The translations under genes were made by a program, and so were the position numbers. Positions 13,094 to 25,265 of a stretch of 64,000 nucleotides of DNA are shown here, piece by piece; the first letter of the stretch is position 1, and each line of letters begins with the position of its first letter. The notes below the pieces were generated by a model that saw nothing but the letters and a program-made list of their open reading frames with translations, did not search any database and was not told where the DNA came from. This DNA comes from Octopus vulgaris (Eukaryota): assembly GCA_951406725.2 (NCBI GenBank), contig OX597817.1:139810001-139874000 (forward strand). Reading direction: 5' to 3'.

Positions 13094-13129
<36 letters not shown>

Positions 13130-13689
13130 GTCTTTCTCTATCTCCATCCAGTCTCTTTACACAATCTGTTTGTCTCTAAAAAATTTCCTTTCATTCTTCT
13201 TATCTTCTGTCTCATTCCTGTTTCACTCATTCACTTTTTCCCCATATTAATGGTAGAACTGGTTTTTCTAGAATCTATATTACAGCCTGACTAAAAATGA
13301 CTTCTGTTGAAACTGTTAACCACTTCTCTTTTCTTCTAACAATTTGTTTTTGCTTTACATTTTTGTTGTTGTTGTTGCTGGTTGATCTAGAGGTTGGTTG
13401 TTGGTTTTGTGCAGTTAATAGCATCAGTTCTACAAAAGCTGTTCTGCCCAATACAATATTCTTTGTTTGGAGTTCAGTCCATCCTTAGTTTCATGAGTGA
13501 ACCCTTTTATCTTCTGTGACGGTGGGCAGGAAACGGCAACAAAAAAGATACCAGTAATTTTCTAGGCTCAATTCTATTAACTGTAACCCTTCACCCCACC
13601 CCCACTGAAAAGTTTGTTTCATACTGTACCATGATGAATTATTATTTCATATACACACAGCAGATTAGACTATTGGAAAATAAAATTCC

Positions 13690-15220
13690 TAACATTCCTA
13701 ACTTCTAGTAACCTTACATTCTAAGAACCCTCCTAAGTATCCTAGCTGACCCTAATAACACAGTTTTCTTTGAGCTGCACTAAACTAGGTTTTGTGCCTT
13801 TTTCCTCTTTCCCTCTGTTCACATCTTTAGGAATTGTTCTTAATGCACCTTTAACTACTGGGATACATTTTACCCAAACTTTCCATAGTTTCTCTAATTC
13901 AGTGGCTAAGTCCTGGTTCCTGGTATTGTCCTGATTTTCTCTATACCTTTTATATTGACTTTCTCATCATTTAGGATGGTAAAGTTAATTACCTGACTGA
14001 CGTGGCCAATGACAGTACTGCCTGATTGGCACTTGTGCCATGGAATGTTAAAAGCACATCCAAGTGTGATCGTTGCCAGGGCTGCTGACCACCTCCTGTG
14101 CCAGTGGCACCTAAAAAGCACCATTCGAGTGTGATCGTTGCCATCGTCATCTTACCGACACATGCTGGTGGCATGTGAAATACTACACTCGAGCATGTTC
14201 GTTGCCAGTGCCACTTGACTGGCTCCTGTGCAGGTAGCACGTAAAATACACCTTTTGAGCAAGGTCGTTGCCAGAACTGCCTGACTGGCCCTCGTGCCAG
14301 TGGCACATAAAAGCACCCACTACACTCTCGGAATGGTTGGCATTAGGAAGGGCATCCAGCAGTAGAAACATTGCCAGATCAGATTGAGTCTGGTGCAATC
14401 TTTGGGATCACCAGTCCTCAGTAAAACCATCCAACCTATGCCAGCATGGAAAGTGGACATTAAACCATGATGATGATGACGACTTTCTATTCACTTTGTC
14501 TACTATTACTAAATCAGGCTTCTAGCTTCTATTACTCTCTCAGTCTGACTGTTAAAGTACCACAGCAACTAGTATTTCTTACTTTCTTGTACTTTACTAG
14601 GGTCATGTTCATACCTGTTCAAATCCTATCTTTCTTCATAATTCCCAGTGGATTACTCTCCCTAGGTTGTCATCTCTTTTCTTGTATTCTTTCTGTGCCA
14701 GCATTCTACATTCACTTACTATAAGACAAACACTTTCCTCTTTTGATTTACATAGCCTACATTGTGAATCCACCTAGTTTTTGTCTCTCTTGGCTTTTAT
14801 ACAATTAGTCCTTAATGCTTGATCTTGTGCTGCTACTAACAAACTTTCAGTCCCCCTTTTCAGCCTTCCTTTCTGCAACATTAACCATGTCCCACTATTA
14901 CTATTTCCTGCAACTATCTTTGGGAATCTACCATGCAAAGCTTTCTCCTGCCACCCAAATAATCTTTCTGGTTTTTAACTTCATTTGGCATTTTTGTTTT
15001 CCTATCTCCTACTTTTACTTCAGCAGTTCCTAATAAACTTTCTTCACTATTACCTATGTAAGAGGCTATATTTACCATAGCTAACTCCACGTAGTCTTCT
15101 ACTGATATTAACCCTCTTCCACCTTCCTTTCTAAGTAGGTATAATCTTACTATTCCTTCCCTTGGGTGGAGTCCTCCATTCATATTGAATTCCTTCCTAG
15201 TTCTATCTTGCTTTGGGATC
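13690..15220 (-). mobile_element. decayed Dong/R4 fragment interrupted by an RTE 3' end
   Basis: LHPREGIVRLYLLRKEGGRGLISVED; WYEHDP...PDLVIVDK; ELEKLWKV..IPVVKGAL. Confidence 0.75.
13990..14481 (+). mobile_element. RTE 3' UTR with repeat array
   Basis: About 5 GCCAGTGGCAC..AAAAGCACC units, conserved terminus, (GAT)n tail. Confidence 0.85.
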
Positions 15221-15329
15221 AATAAATTAAGTACATGTTGCGTACTGGGTGGGGGGCAATATAATTGCCTAGTCTCTTCTCCCCAATATTCCAGGCCTTG
15301 TGCTTTTAGTAGAAAGGATTATTATTATT

Positions 15330-16192
15330 TGATGGAAACTCTCAGCTTATTTTGCTGGGTATGATGGAAAGTGCCAGCTGTCCACAGCCAGCAGACTAAA
15401 GTGACACTTGTTTACTGGTCATGCTTCAAGAACCCTGTTAAGAATTCTTGCAGTTCTAAGCAATGATGATTTTTGTAGGTGTTCTCTATTCACATTTGTA
15501 CCAACCTTTTTGAGTCATGTGGAGATCTGATCAACTGTGCTGGTTGCACATTCTGCATTTGGTGCTGGGGCCCGTTTTCATTATTTAGCCTTTATATTTG
15601 TTTGTGGTCAGGCATTGGTCTTGTGCAGTGAGAATCAGTCCTTCCATTTCAGCTTTTAGTCCAGAGCTTTTGAGCCATTGTTGGCTTTTACTTAGGCTCA
15701 CTTCCTCTCTGTCAAGCCTTGCAGGGTATTGGCCATGGCAGGAATATTCTCTCCATTTCTTCTTCAGTATGTTTTGCAGTTCTAATGTTTCCATCTTGTC
15801 CTTTGTCTCTCTCACCATTTCTGCTCTGTTGGCATCCGAGCTCAGTGTGTCTGTGTGGTTCCTTTCGGTTTTGTATTTTGTTGCTTCATTGTTTATAGAG
15901 AAAAGCGTTTTCTTTCTCTTACAGCATGCAGTAGTCTTCCCCTCTTTGTTTCTAAGTACTTTGCCTAGTCTCCAACTGTTGTTATTTTATAGTAGTTTTC
16001 TATCTGTATAGGGCAACGGCATCCTTCTGAGCCAGATAAATATATTCTGTCTGCATCTGCTTTGGGGTGGTCACTTCAGTATGCAGTTACTATTCTCGTT
16101 TTTCTATCAAGGTTTCTCAGTTCACAGATCTTCCAGTTTATTATGTTAAAGCTGTAATTTATGACTGGTATGGCTAGTGTGTTTATTCCTAT
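15330..16192 (-). mobile_element. decayed Dong/R4 fragment with internal deletion
   Basis: HGQY...SQQWLKSSGLKAEMEGLILTAQDQCL; upstream INTLAIPVINYSFNIINW. Confidence 0.75.
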
Positions 16193-16206
16193 TATTATTA
16201 TTATTA

Positions 16207-17028
16207 TTCAGTAGTTTTATTTTTATAGCGTGCTTTCACTTCACTACCGAGCGCAGCTCTGTGTGCCTTGGGTATGTGCTGTGATTTGTTGTGATGCTCT
16301 GATGGTTATTGTATGGAAAGTGTTCTGCGTAGGATGTGTGCAGTGCCTAGTAGTGCAATTTTCTGTATGTTATATGTGTTTGTAAGTCCTGGTGTTTTTG
16401 TTATGTATTTGTCTGAATATTTTTTTATCATGCCTAATGCACCTACTATGATAGGAATTGTTTCTGTTTTCAGGTTCCACATTCTAGTTACCTCTATTTC
16501 CAGGTCTTTGTATTTTGAGAGTTTCTCCATTTCTTTTAGAGACACGTTGTCATCTGCCGGTATTGATACATCAATTAGAAAGCATTTTTTTCTTCATGAT
16601 CTCTGACAACTATATCTGGTCTGTTGGCCTTAATTTCTCTATCTGTGTGTATCGGCATATCCCAGAGTATGGTTGCTTTCTCGTTTTCTGTGACCTTTTC
16701 TGGTGTGTGCCTATACCATCTTTTTTCTGTTGTTATTCCATAATGTTGGCATAGCTTCCAATGTATGTAGGTTCCAACTCTGTCATGTCTGTGAATATAT
16801 TCCTTCTTAGCCAGGACTGGGCAGCTAGAGATAATATGATTTATTGTTTCTTGTCCATCTCCACATATTCTGCAGTTACTTGTAATATTTCTTTTCATTA
16901 CATGTTTTTGGTAATTTCTGGTGGGGAGGCTTTGGTCTTGTGCTGCAATTAAAAATCCCTCTGTTTCTGCTTTGAGTCCTGAGCTTCTCAACCATTGCTG
17001 GGATTTTTCTTTGTCTATTTCTTTTGCG

Positions 17029-17030
<2 letters not shown>
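16207..17030 (-). mobile_element. Dong/R4 3' fragment: CCHC knuckle + RLE endonuclease
   Basis: CRICGDGQETINHIISSC, HRHD, RPDIVV..(frameshift)..LIDVS, KYKDLEIEVTRMW; (TAA)n on both sides. Confidence 0.9.
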
Positions 17031-17084
<54 letters not shown>

Positions 17085-17103
17085 TTTTATTATTATTATT
17101 ATT

Positions 17104-17325
17104 AAGGTGGTGAACTGACAGAATCATTAACATGCTGGTGAAAATGCTTAGCTGCATTTCGTCTATCTTCGTGTTCTGAGTTCAAATTCCACCAAGGTTG
17201 ACCGTACCTTTCATCCTTTTAGGGTCCATAAATTAAGTACCAGTGAAGCACTGGGATCGATGTAATCAACTAGTCCCCTCCCCACAAACTTCAGGCCTTG
17301 TACTCTTGGTAGAAAAGATTATTAC
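17104..17325 (+). mobile_element. tRNA SINE type B
   Basis: B-box GAGTTCAAATTCC, shared domain, (ATT)n tail. Confidence 0.8.
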
Positions 17326-17342
17326 TATTATTATTTGAGTGG

Positions 17343-17640
17343 GATCGTTACCAGCATCGCCTTACTGGCACCTGTGCCGTTGGCATGTGTAAAAAAAAAA
17401 AAAAAAAATCAAGCGAGGTCGTTGCCAGTACTGCCTGACTGGCCCCGTGCCGGTGGCACGTAAAAGCACCCACTACACTCTTGGAGTGGTTAGTGTTAGG
17501 AAGGGCATCCAGCTGTAGAAACTCTGCCAGATCAAGACTGGAGCCTGGTGCAGCCATCTGGTTCGCCAGCTCTCAGTCAAAACCGTCCAACCCATGCTAG
17601 CATGGAAAGCGGATGTTAAACGATGATGATGATGATGATT
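17343..17640 (+). mobile_element. RTE 3' end
   Basis: UTR repeats, conserved terminus and (GAT)n tail. Confidence 0.85.
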
Positions 17641-17642
17641 GT

Positions 17643-17970
17643 GAAGGTGCATGGCTCGGAGCGTCGGGCGCACAATTATGAGGTAGTGTGTTCGATTCCA
17701 GGACCAGGCTGTGTGTTGTGTTGAGCAAGACGCTTTATTTCACATTGCTTCAGTTCACTCATCTGTAGAAATGAGTTATGACATCACTGGTACCAAGCTG
17801 TATCGGCCCCTTTGCCTTTTCCTCGGATAACATCAGTGGTGTGGAGAGTTGAGGCTGGTGTGCACGAACGACTGTTGGTCTTCCATAAACAACCTTGCCC
17901 AGACTTGTGCCTCAGAGTGTAACTTTCTAGCTACAATCCCATGGTCAGTCAAGACTGAAAGGAGCCTAAA
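17643..17970 (+). mobile_element. tRNA SINE type C
   Basis: GTTCGATTCC B-box and TTGAGCAAG..ACTTTATTTCAC domain; same family as 38633 and 60332. Confidence 0.8.
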
Positions 17971-18459
17971 CTAAATTATTATCATCTCTTTTGCTGCCAT
18001 TTATTGTTTTCGAGCTTACATGGATGAATTTATGTAGATTTGGATATTTGCTTAGAACTGTAGCAACAGATGTTACTGGTGGATGTCCATATTGTTAACA
18101 GTTCAACTGTCGTCATGCAGGAAGTTTGGGCTCTGTGAAGGGGTGAACTACTAAAACTTATCGAACAGATCTCTTGACAATTCCATCTGGAAGTCCATTA
18201 TTTTGCCATTGTTACCAAGGCAGTGTTTCAGGTTGGCTGAGGACCAAATTGATGCTTTATTCTTTTGCTAAAGACATTGACATTTCTGGTTACTGCCAAG
18301 TGTTTCCTCCCACCGCACCCCCCCATAGCTTAGCTGCTAGGTCATTTATATTTCATCTTACCAATGGTAATCATCACCACCACCACCACCACCGTCATCA
18401 TCATCATCATAATCACCACCACCATCACCACCGTCATCATCATAATCATCACCACCACC

Positions 18460-18491
<32 letters not shown>

Positions 18492-19815
18492 TATTTAACA
18501 TCTGTTTTCAATGTTGGCTTGGGCTGGCCAGTTTGAAAAGAGCCGAAGAGCCAGAGGACTTGGCTAAGCCCCAACGACTGCTTTAGCAAGGTTTCCATGC
18601 TTGGATGCTGACCACTTTACAGAATGTACCGGGTGCTTTTTATGTGGCATCAGCACCTGCAAGGTCAGTGAGTAACTTGCAAAACAAGACCCCACTCAGG
18701 GAGATTGATATCGAGGGAGGTGGCTTACTGCCAGTTGGTGAGGGGGCAGCATTTATATATAGTGTCCAAGGTGGTGGGCAGGCAGAATCACTTGTGGCCA
18801 AAATGCTTAGCAGCATTTCATCCATCTTTTATGTTCTGAGTTCAAATCCCACTGAGATTCATCTTTCCTTTTATCCATTTGAGGTCAATTAAAAAAGTAT
18901 CAGTTGAACACTGGGGTTGATGTAACCAACGTTCCTGGCCCCTAAAAGTTGCTGGCCTTGTGCCAAAATTTGAAACCATTATTTATATTGTGTTGTGTTT
19001 AATGGTAAACAGTATTGTCCATAGAGCATGGAACTTTCTTCTGTCACAAGACAAAGGAATTAATACAATTTCTCTTTGCTTCTGTTCCACACCCATTTTC
19101 CAGTCTGAATAGAAAGGGTTTTCTGAGAGAGTACTTCTTACAACAAGGTGTCTTTTTATTACAAGCCTTAAATATTTATTTGGAAGCCATCCTAGCAATG
19201 TCTGTATAGAAATATGAACGCGTAGATGTTGACATATTCAAGAAGTTCACTTCTCAGCCACGTGACTTTGGGTGTAGTCCCATTGTGTGGCACCTTGCAC
19301 AAGTATTTTCTACTAAAGCCCTGGTCCTTGTGAATGAATTTGGTTGAAGGAAACTGAAAGGTGCCACTTTTCTTTCTCTGCTTGCATGGGTTGGAATCTC
19401 ACTCATTCCAAACAACATGATGGTTGGATATATTCTCACAGAAAATTGCAAAGGAATGCCTTTACATGTTTACAATTAACATGTGATGTCAATCACAAGG
19501 AGACACAACTTCTCTCCTATCACACACACACGAGTGGTGCAGCAAGAACAAGCTTTGAGCTGGGTAGAAACATCTGGCCCAGAGTTGCAACATCTGACTC
19601 AACAAAGCTTGTGATGTTGTGTGAAAGTTTTAATGTTTACCTTGAAGGGTAGTCCTGGGTGGCTCTGGTGTTGCAATGGAACACCTATAGAGCTTCCTTG
19701 CTGACTGATCAGATATCAACTCTTGCACTCAGAGATTGAGTACAGCAGCACCCACAGTACACAATGTTTGACCTAAATGTGTGTGTGTGTGTGTGTGAGT
19801 GTATGTGTGTATGTC

Positions 19816-19935
19816 ATTATTCAGTTATTTCAAGATTTCTTACCAATAGAGAAAGAACCGGTTTCTAACCTAGATCCAAGGCTCCTTCATTGGAATTTCA
19901 ACATCAACAACAGGGTATTTTTCAACAACAGGGTA
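19816..19935 (-). mobile_element. short repeat with atypical hammerhead-like motif between microsatellites
   Basis: Minus strand ATGAAGG-AGCCT.TGGATCT.AGGTT-A-GAAACCGGTTC; decayed relative at about 270-340. Confidence 0.4.
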
Positions 19936-21345
19936 TTTTTGTTTGTTTGTATGTTTGCTTGTTTGTTTGTTTGTATGTATGTATGTATGTATGTATGTAT
20001 GTATGTATGTATGCATGCATGCATTCATTCATTCATTCATTCTCATGCATATAGTTACATATGTAGATATGCTCATATATGTTTAAGTGATAAACTTCTG
20101 GAAAGTTTTACAGACTTTTACTGTTCCAATGATGGATTGGATCTGTAGTCTTCGAATCAGCTTTCTCCTTTCTGATTTTGAGAAGCCTAATTTCTCAAGA
20201 TTAGTATTTAGGTTGTGTATGTATGTATGTATGTATGTATGTATGTATGTATGTGTGTGTGTGTGTGTGCCTCCCTTGTCTTGACATCACATTGGCAGTT
20301 GTAAATGAGTGCCACTGTGACACAAGCAGTGTTATTCATTTCCAATACTCTGCAAAAAAAAAGAAAAACCGTCTGGCTATGGGAGAGTGGGAAATATTAA
20401 CTTGCTTGGAATCAGGTGAGGTTTGGCAAAGAGAAGGATGTCTGACCTGAGAAAATCTGCTTCAATTAAACTCTGTCTGACCCAGGCAAGCATGGAAAAA
20501 AAAACAGGTGTTAAAATGATGATGATGCGAAATGCATGTGTGACAGTTGTGGCAGGACCATTTCACCAGAAGGATGCAAACATCATTTCCCCTGCTTTTT
20601 CAGTGGCGAAGATATTTCTGTTATCATTGACAGATATCAATAACTGCCGAGCACCGGGGGGAGCAGCTTTAATTATAACATTTTCATTTATTTATTTTCT
20701 TAATGCTACACACTTGTTTAAGAAACCAACTGAAGAGAAATGAGAATGGTTGTGTTTTGGTTGTGTTTTTTTTTTTCCAGCCTTGGTTTTCAGCCTTTGT
20801 TAAGAATTTGGTTGCTTTCCAAGTTATTTGCTCTATGATTACTCTAGTCTAGCGAGTGTTCTTGTATTTCCATATTTTGTAGATTTAATTATTTTTAATG
20901 TGTTTTTCTCATGAGTAAATAAAGAAACTGCACTACAAGACCCAGAGTTTTTCTGGCTGAGAATGCAGAGAGATCAAAAAAGAGATTATGTCAGATGAAT
21001 TCTTTTTGCTGAATGCTTCTAAAATGACTGGGGCACCCTTTCAGTTTACCAATGAACAAAGAAGACAGCGCCGATCCCTTCATACTCTTCAATGCCTAAT
21101 GAGCTTTAGTTCTCAATATTTTCTTTTCCTTTCATATCTTGTGACAATGGTTCCATTTTCTTTTAGTGTTGAAGCATCAGCAGACTTTGTTTCCATAAGG
21201 GATAATATTCTCTTTTAGCAAGTTAAGTGCATCTCTCTCTCTCTCTCTCCCCTCTCTCTCTCTCTCCACACTATTTCTAATCATGTGTTGCATTAGATGT
21301 ACAAATATAACGTTAGTTATGTATATAACTAATCATATTGTGCAT

Positions 21346-21403
<58 letters not shown>

Positions 21404-22169
21404 TTACATACACCTCTAGATATCTGTACACACTTAGAGTTAAAATTCCTCTTAAGCTATTTGTGTATTCCATTTGTTATTTATTTTATAGGGAGAAAAA
21501 GGAGGGTTTCAGCGAATCTTTACTTTGGATTATCCTGCTTTTGACTGCAGAAGGAAAGTAGCTGATATAAGTACAAAGAAATAATGGTGGAAAATATAAG
21601 ATTGCAAATTCTTTATTGGAAATAAAATAATTTCAATAAAGAATTTGTTAAGTCTGGCATATTAACTAGGGTAAAGTCCAAGAAATAATTCTAATAGATT
21701 GTGGAAAATACACACTGCTTTTTTTTTTTTACCTGCGATTTCTGTAAATGTATGTCTGGAGTTTAGGGGTTAATGTCTGTTATACGGTAGAGTATGGAGA
21801 GGTTGTGTGTTGTGTGAAATAATGTTACCTAGTTTTTATTGATATTTTCAGTTTGGAAGATAGGTGTGAGAAATGAGATATATTAAAGGTGACATTGGTT
21901 TAGACATATTCGTACCAAGTGTTAATATATGCTTATTTGAATGTGTTTGCTTATTGAAGCATTGTATGCACTAATGTATAGAGATAACATCGAGAAACAG
22001 ATGAAGTTGCTTGTATTCATATGTGTGTGTGTGAGTGTTTATATGTGTGTATATGCACACGTGTATAAGTGCATGTGTGTGTGTGTATATTTGTATACGT
22101 GTATGTATATATATATTTGTGTGTGTGTGTGTGTATACATATACATATATGTGTATACATACATATATA

Positions 22170-22545
22170 TATTTTTCACTTGTTTCAATTATTTGTCTGT
22201 GGCCATGCTGGGGCACTGCTTCGAAGGGTTTTTTGTTGAACAAATCAACCCCAGATCTTATCTTTTTTCCCGAGCCTTGTACTTCTATATCAGTCTCTTT
22301 TACCGAACCACTAAGTTATGGATGTGTTAAAGTACTAACTCTGGTTGTCAAGTGGTGGTCGGGGACAAACACAGACACAAAGACATGCACACACACACAC
22401 ACACAGACACACACAGAGAGACACACACACACATCTATATAACGGGCTTCTTTCAGTTTCCACTCACAAGGCTTTGGTGAGCCTGAGGCTGTAGTAGAAA
22501 TTACTTGGCCAAGGTGACATGCAGTGGGACTGAACCCAGAACCAT
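22170..22545 (-). mobile_element. CORE-like (OR2-like) SINE, 5'-truncated
   Basis: Reverse complement of the 11651 family with internal (CA)n. Confidence 0.8.
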
Positions 22546-22551
22546 ATATAC

Positions 22552-22607
<56 letters not shown>

Positions 22608-22965
22608 ATTGTGTGCACATGTGTGTGTGTGTATATATTTATGTGTATAAGAATACATATGCCTATACATACATGTGTATATGTATATTATATGCATGTA
22701 CACACACACACACACACACACATACAGAGTGTCCACTAAATATTTAAATGACTGAAACAGTTAATAGGTTTCCAGCCCAGCAAGTTATTATAATAAATCT
22801 TTGTGCTGTGAACCAGTTGACAGTAAAATTGGTAAATTCTTTAGAGTTTAGCATTTGAAGAAGTACAGTGTGTTCTAGAAACAAATATTACAAGAACACT
22901 AAATACAAACCTGTTTCTTGGCAAAGAAGTTTAATGTAAACATGTTTTGTAAATGACCTCTGCAA

Positions 22966-23034
22966 TGTTCAAGGTGAACCACACTTCGGAGACCATTGTG
23001 TTCAAGGTGAACCACACTTCGGAGACCATTGTGT
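22966..23034. repeat. 33-bp exact tandem duplication
   Basis: TGTTCAAGGTGAACCACACTTCGGAGACCATTG x2. Confidence 0.9.
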
Positions 23035-23351
23035 GAGACTCTGCACACATGTTGCTTAAGAATTCATAGATTCTGACTTGGCTGTTTGGTGATTATTCAT
23101 AGAAATTATCAATGTTAGATGCAGGCATTGCTGTGTGGTAAGAACCTTGTTTCCCAACCATATGGTTCTGTGTTCAGTCCCACTGCGTGGCACCTTAGGT
23201 AAGTGTCTTTTACTCTAGCCCCAGGCTGACCAAAGCCTTGTGAGTGGATTTGGTAGATGAAAACTGAAAGAAGCCTGTCATGTGTGTGTGTGTGCATGTG
23301 TATATATATATATATATGTATGTATAGGGATGAAAGGGAACACACGAGTTG

Positions 23352-24048
23352 ATATATATGAAAAAACAAGTCAAGATAGAAAATGCTAAAATAATTTTAT
23401 AAAGAACATTTCAGTACCGGTTTCAGTCATTTTGAGACCTTTTCAACTGTAACGATTAAATAATTAAATTTACAAAAATGAAAAGAAAAGTTTTTTTAAA
23501 AGAATTTTTGTATAGTGTTCAAATATAAGTGGCATTTTCCTTGTTTCTGCCTTTCTCTGTCTCTCTTGTTTACCCTTGTAGGTTGTGAATTCTTGGTAGG
23601 GAAGAAGAAGAAGAAGGATGAGGAGAAGGGGGGAAAGAATTTGGGAGTGCCTTGATTGTCCTATTTTGAGTGGTCAGTGGTGGCTAGCAGTTGCTGTTCA
23701 ATTCATGAGAATATTTCTATTGAAAGGTTTGTTTATAGAATTTGCATAGGTGTTATACTAAATTCTCCCCCCCCCTTCTCCTCATCCTTCTTCTTCTTCT
23801 TCCCTACATAGAATTCACAATCCACAAGTGTAAACAAGAGAGACAGAGAAAGGCAGAAACAAGGAAAATGCCACTTATATTTGAACACTATACAAATATT
23901 CTTTTAAAAAAACTTTTCTTTTAACTTTTCTAAATTTAATTATTTAATCGTTACAGTTGAAAAGGTCTCAAAATGACTGGGACCAGTACTGAAATGTTCT
24001 TTATAAAATTATTTTAGCATTTTCTATCTTGGCTTGTTTTTTCATATA

Positions 24049-24051
<3 letters not shown>
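23352..24051 (-). mobile_element. Penelope-like element end with inverted pseudo-LTRs (~290-bp arms) and hammerhead motif
   Basis: Arms 23352-23642 and 23760-24051 are reverse complements; TA repeats on both sides; each arm carries a hammerhead-like motif. Confidence 0.7.
23410..23452 (-). ncRNA. minimal type I hammerhead ribozyme motif, U3-A8 variant
   Basis: CAG-UUGAAAA-GGUC(UCAAAAU)GACU-GAAA-CCGG-UA-CUG. Confidence 0.55.
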
Positions 24052-24088
<37 letters not shown>

Positions 24089-24235
24089 ATTGAAATGGAT
24101 AAATGAATTATCTTGTTACGGATTATTCAAAATTTAACCGATACCTGGGTAGCAAAAATCACAACAGAAAAAACACGGTTGAGGTTACGACCATGGGGTG
24201 TCGCAACCGTGCCTTAGTGTGGATAATTGAAGTTT

Positions 24236-24675
24236 TATATATTTAGTGAAGGGAAGAAATGGAGCTGAACGAAGATTCTACAAAATTCCTTTTTATTATT
24301 TTCTACACATGTTTCAAAGGCTGCAAATTTCCAAATTCGGATTGAATAAGGAGACCATTTTGCAGCTTTCTCTTCAGGAAAAACCAGGAATTTAAATCTC
24401 CAAACAAATGCGCAGCAAGCTATTCGAACAAAACGCTCCCTAGGAGCCCATGGTAAGGCACAAAACTGTCTCTCAATGTGCGTAGACGTCAGGGTGGGTG
24501 AAGGTCGACGAAAAAGTCCGTTGGAATAAATCGAGGTCAAACTGCGGTTAAATTTGGTAGGGGAAGAATTCCAGAAAACCAAAGAGTGTGAATATATTCT
24601 GTATAACTAATGTTAATGTTCGAATTGTTGTAGAATCTTCGTTCAGCTCCATTTCTTCCCTTCACTAAATATATA
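24236..24675 (-). mobile_element. non-coding ~440-bp element with 48-bp terminal inverted repeats and a hammerhead ribozyme
   Basis: TIRs 24236-24283 and 24628-24675 (including TA dinucleotides); internal hammerhead at 24299-24382. Confidence 0.75.
24299..24382 (-). ncRNA. type I hammerhead ribozyme motif with extended stem II
   Basis: UUUUC-CUGAAGA-GAAAGCUGCAAA...UUUGCAGCCUUU-GAAAC-AUGU-GUA-GAAAA. Confidence 0.7.
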
Positions 24676-24681
24676 TATATG

Positions 24682-24713
<32 letters not shown>

Positions 24714-25093
24714 TGTATGTATGTGTGTGTGTGTGTGTGTGTGTGTCCACCATTGCTTGACAACTGATGTTGGTGTGTTTTTGTCCCTGTAACCTAGTGG
24801 TTCAGCAAAAGAGACCAATAGAATAAGTACTAGGCTTACTAAGAATAAGTCCCAGGGGTTGATTTGTTTGACTAAAGGTGCTGCTCCAAATGACTGAAAC
24901 CAGTAAAAGAATAAATTAATTACAGTTAATTAAGCTTAAAAGGCAACCAGTTTCACCCTTAATGAGCTGTTTGCTAATTTATAAAACTGGAACTAAATAT
25001 CAATATACATAAATTCATTCAATCATTTACTCTTTCACTATCAAACTCATTCATTCAGTCATTCACTTTCTCATTCACACATTCATTCAATCA

Positions 25094-25265
25094 TTAACTC
25101 TTAAGCATTTAAACTGGCCATATCCAGCCAAAATAATCTACCTGGTTTATCTTCAAACTGGCCAGATCCAGCCTTTCACACTTACCCTACAATACTATTC
25201 TAAAAATAAACAATCACATGAGTGAAATCTCAAAGCTACAAAGTAATGCATGACTAATTCATATT
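25094..25265 (+). mobile_element. non-autonomous DNA transposon fragment (piggyBac-like left end)
   Basis: TTAACTCTTAAGCATT start with duplicated AAACTGGCCA.ATCCAGCC subterminal motif. Confidence 0.45.

Larger units (their letters stand above)
23115..24915 (+). mobile_element. OR2-like SINE split by a ~1.4-kb insertion cluster in its internal microsatellite
   Basis: 5' half 23115-23290 and 3' half 24745-24915 are collinear with the intact 11651 copy. Confidence 0.8.
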
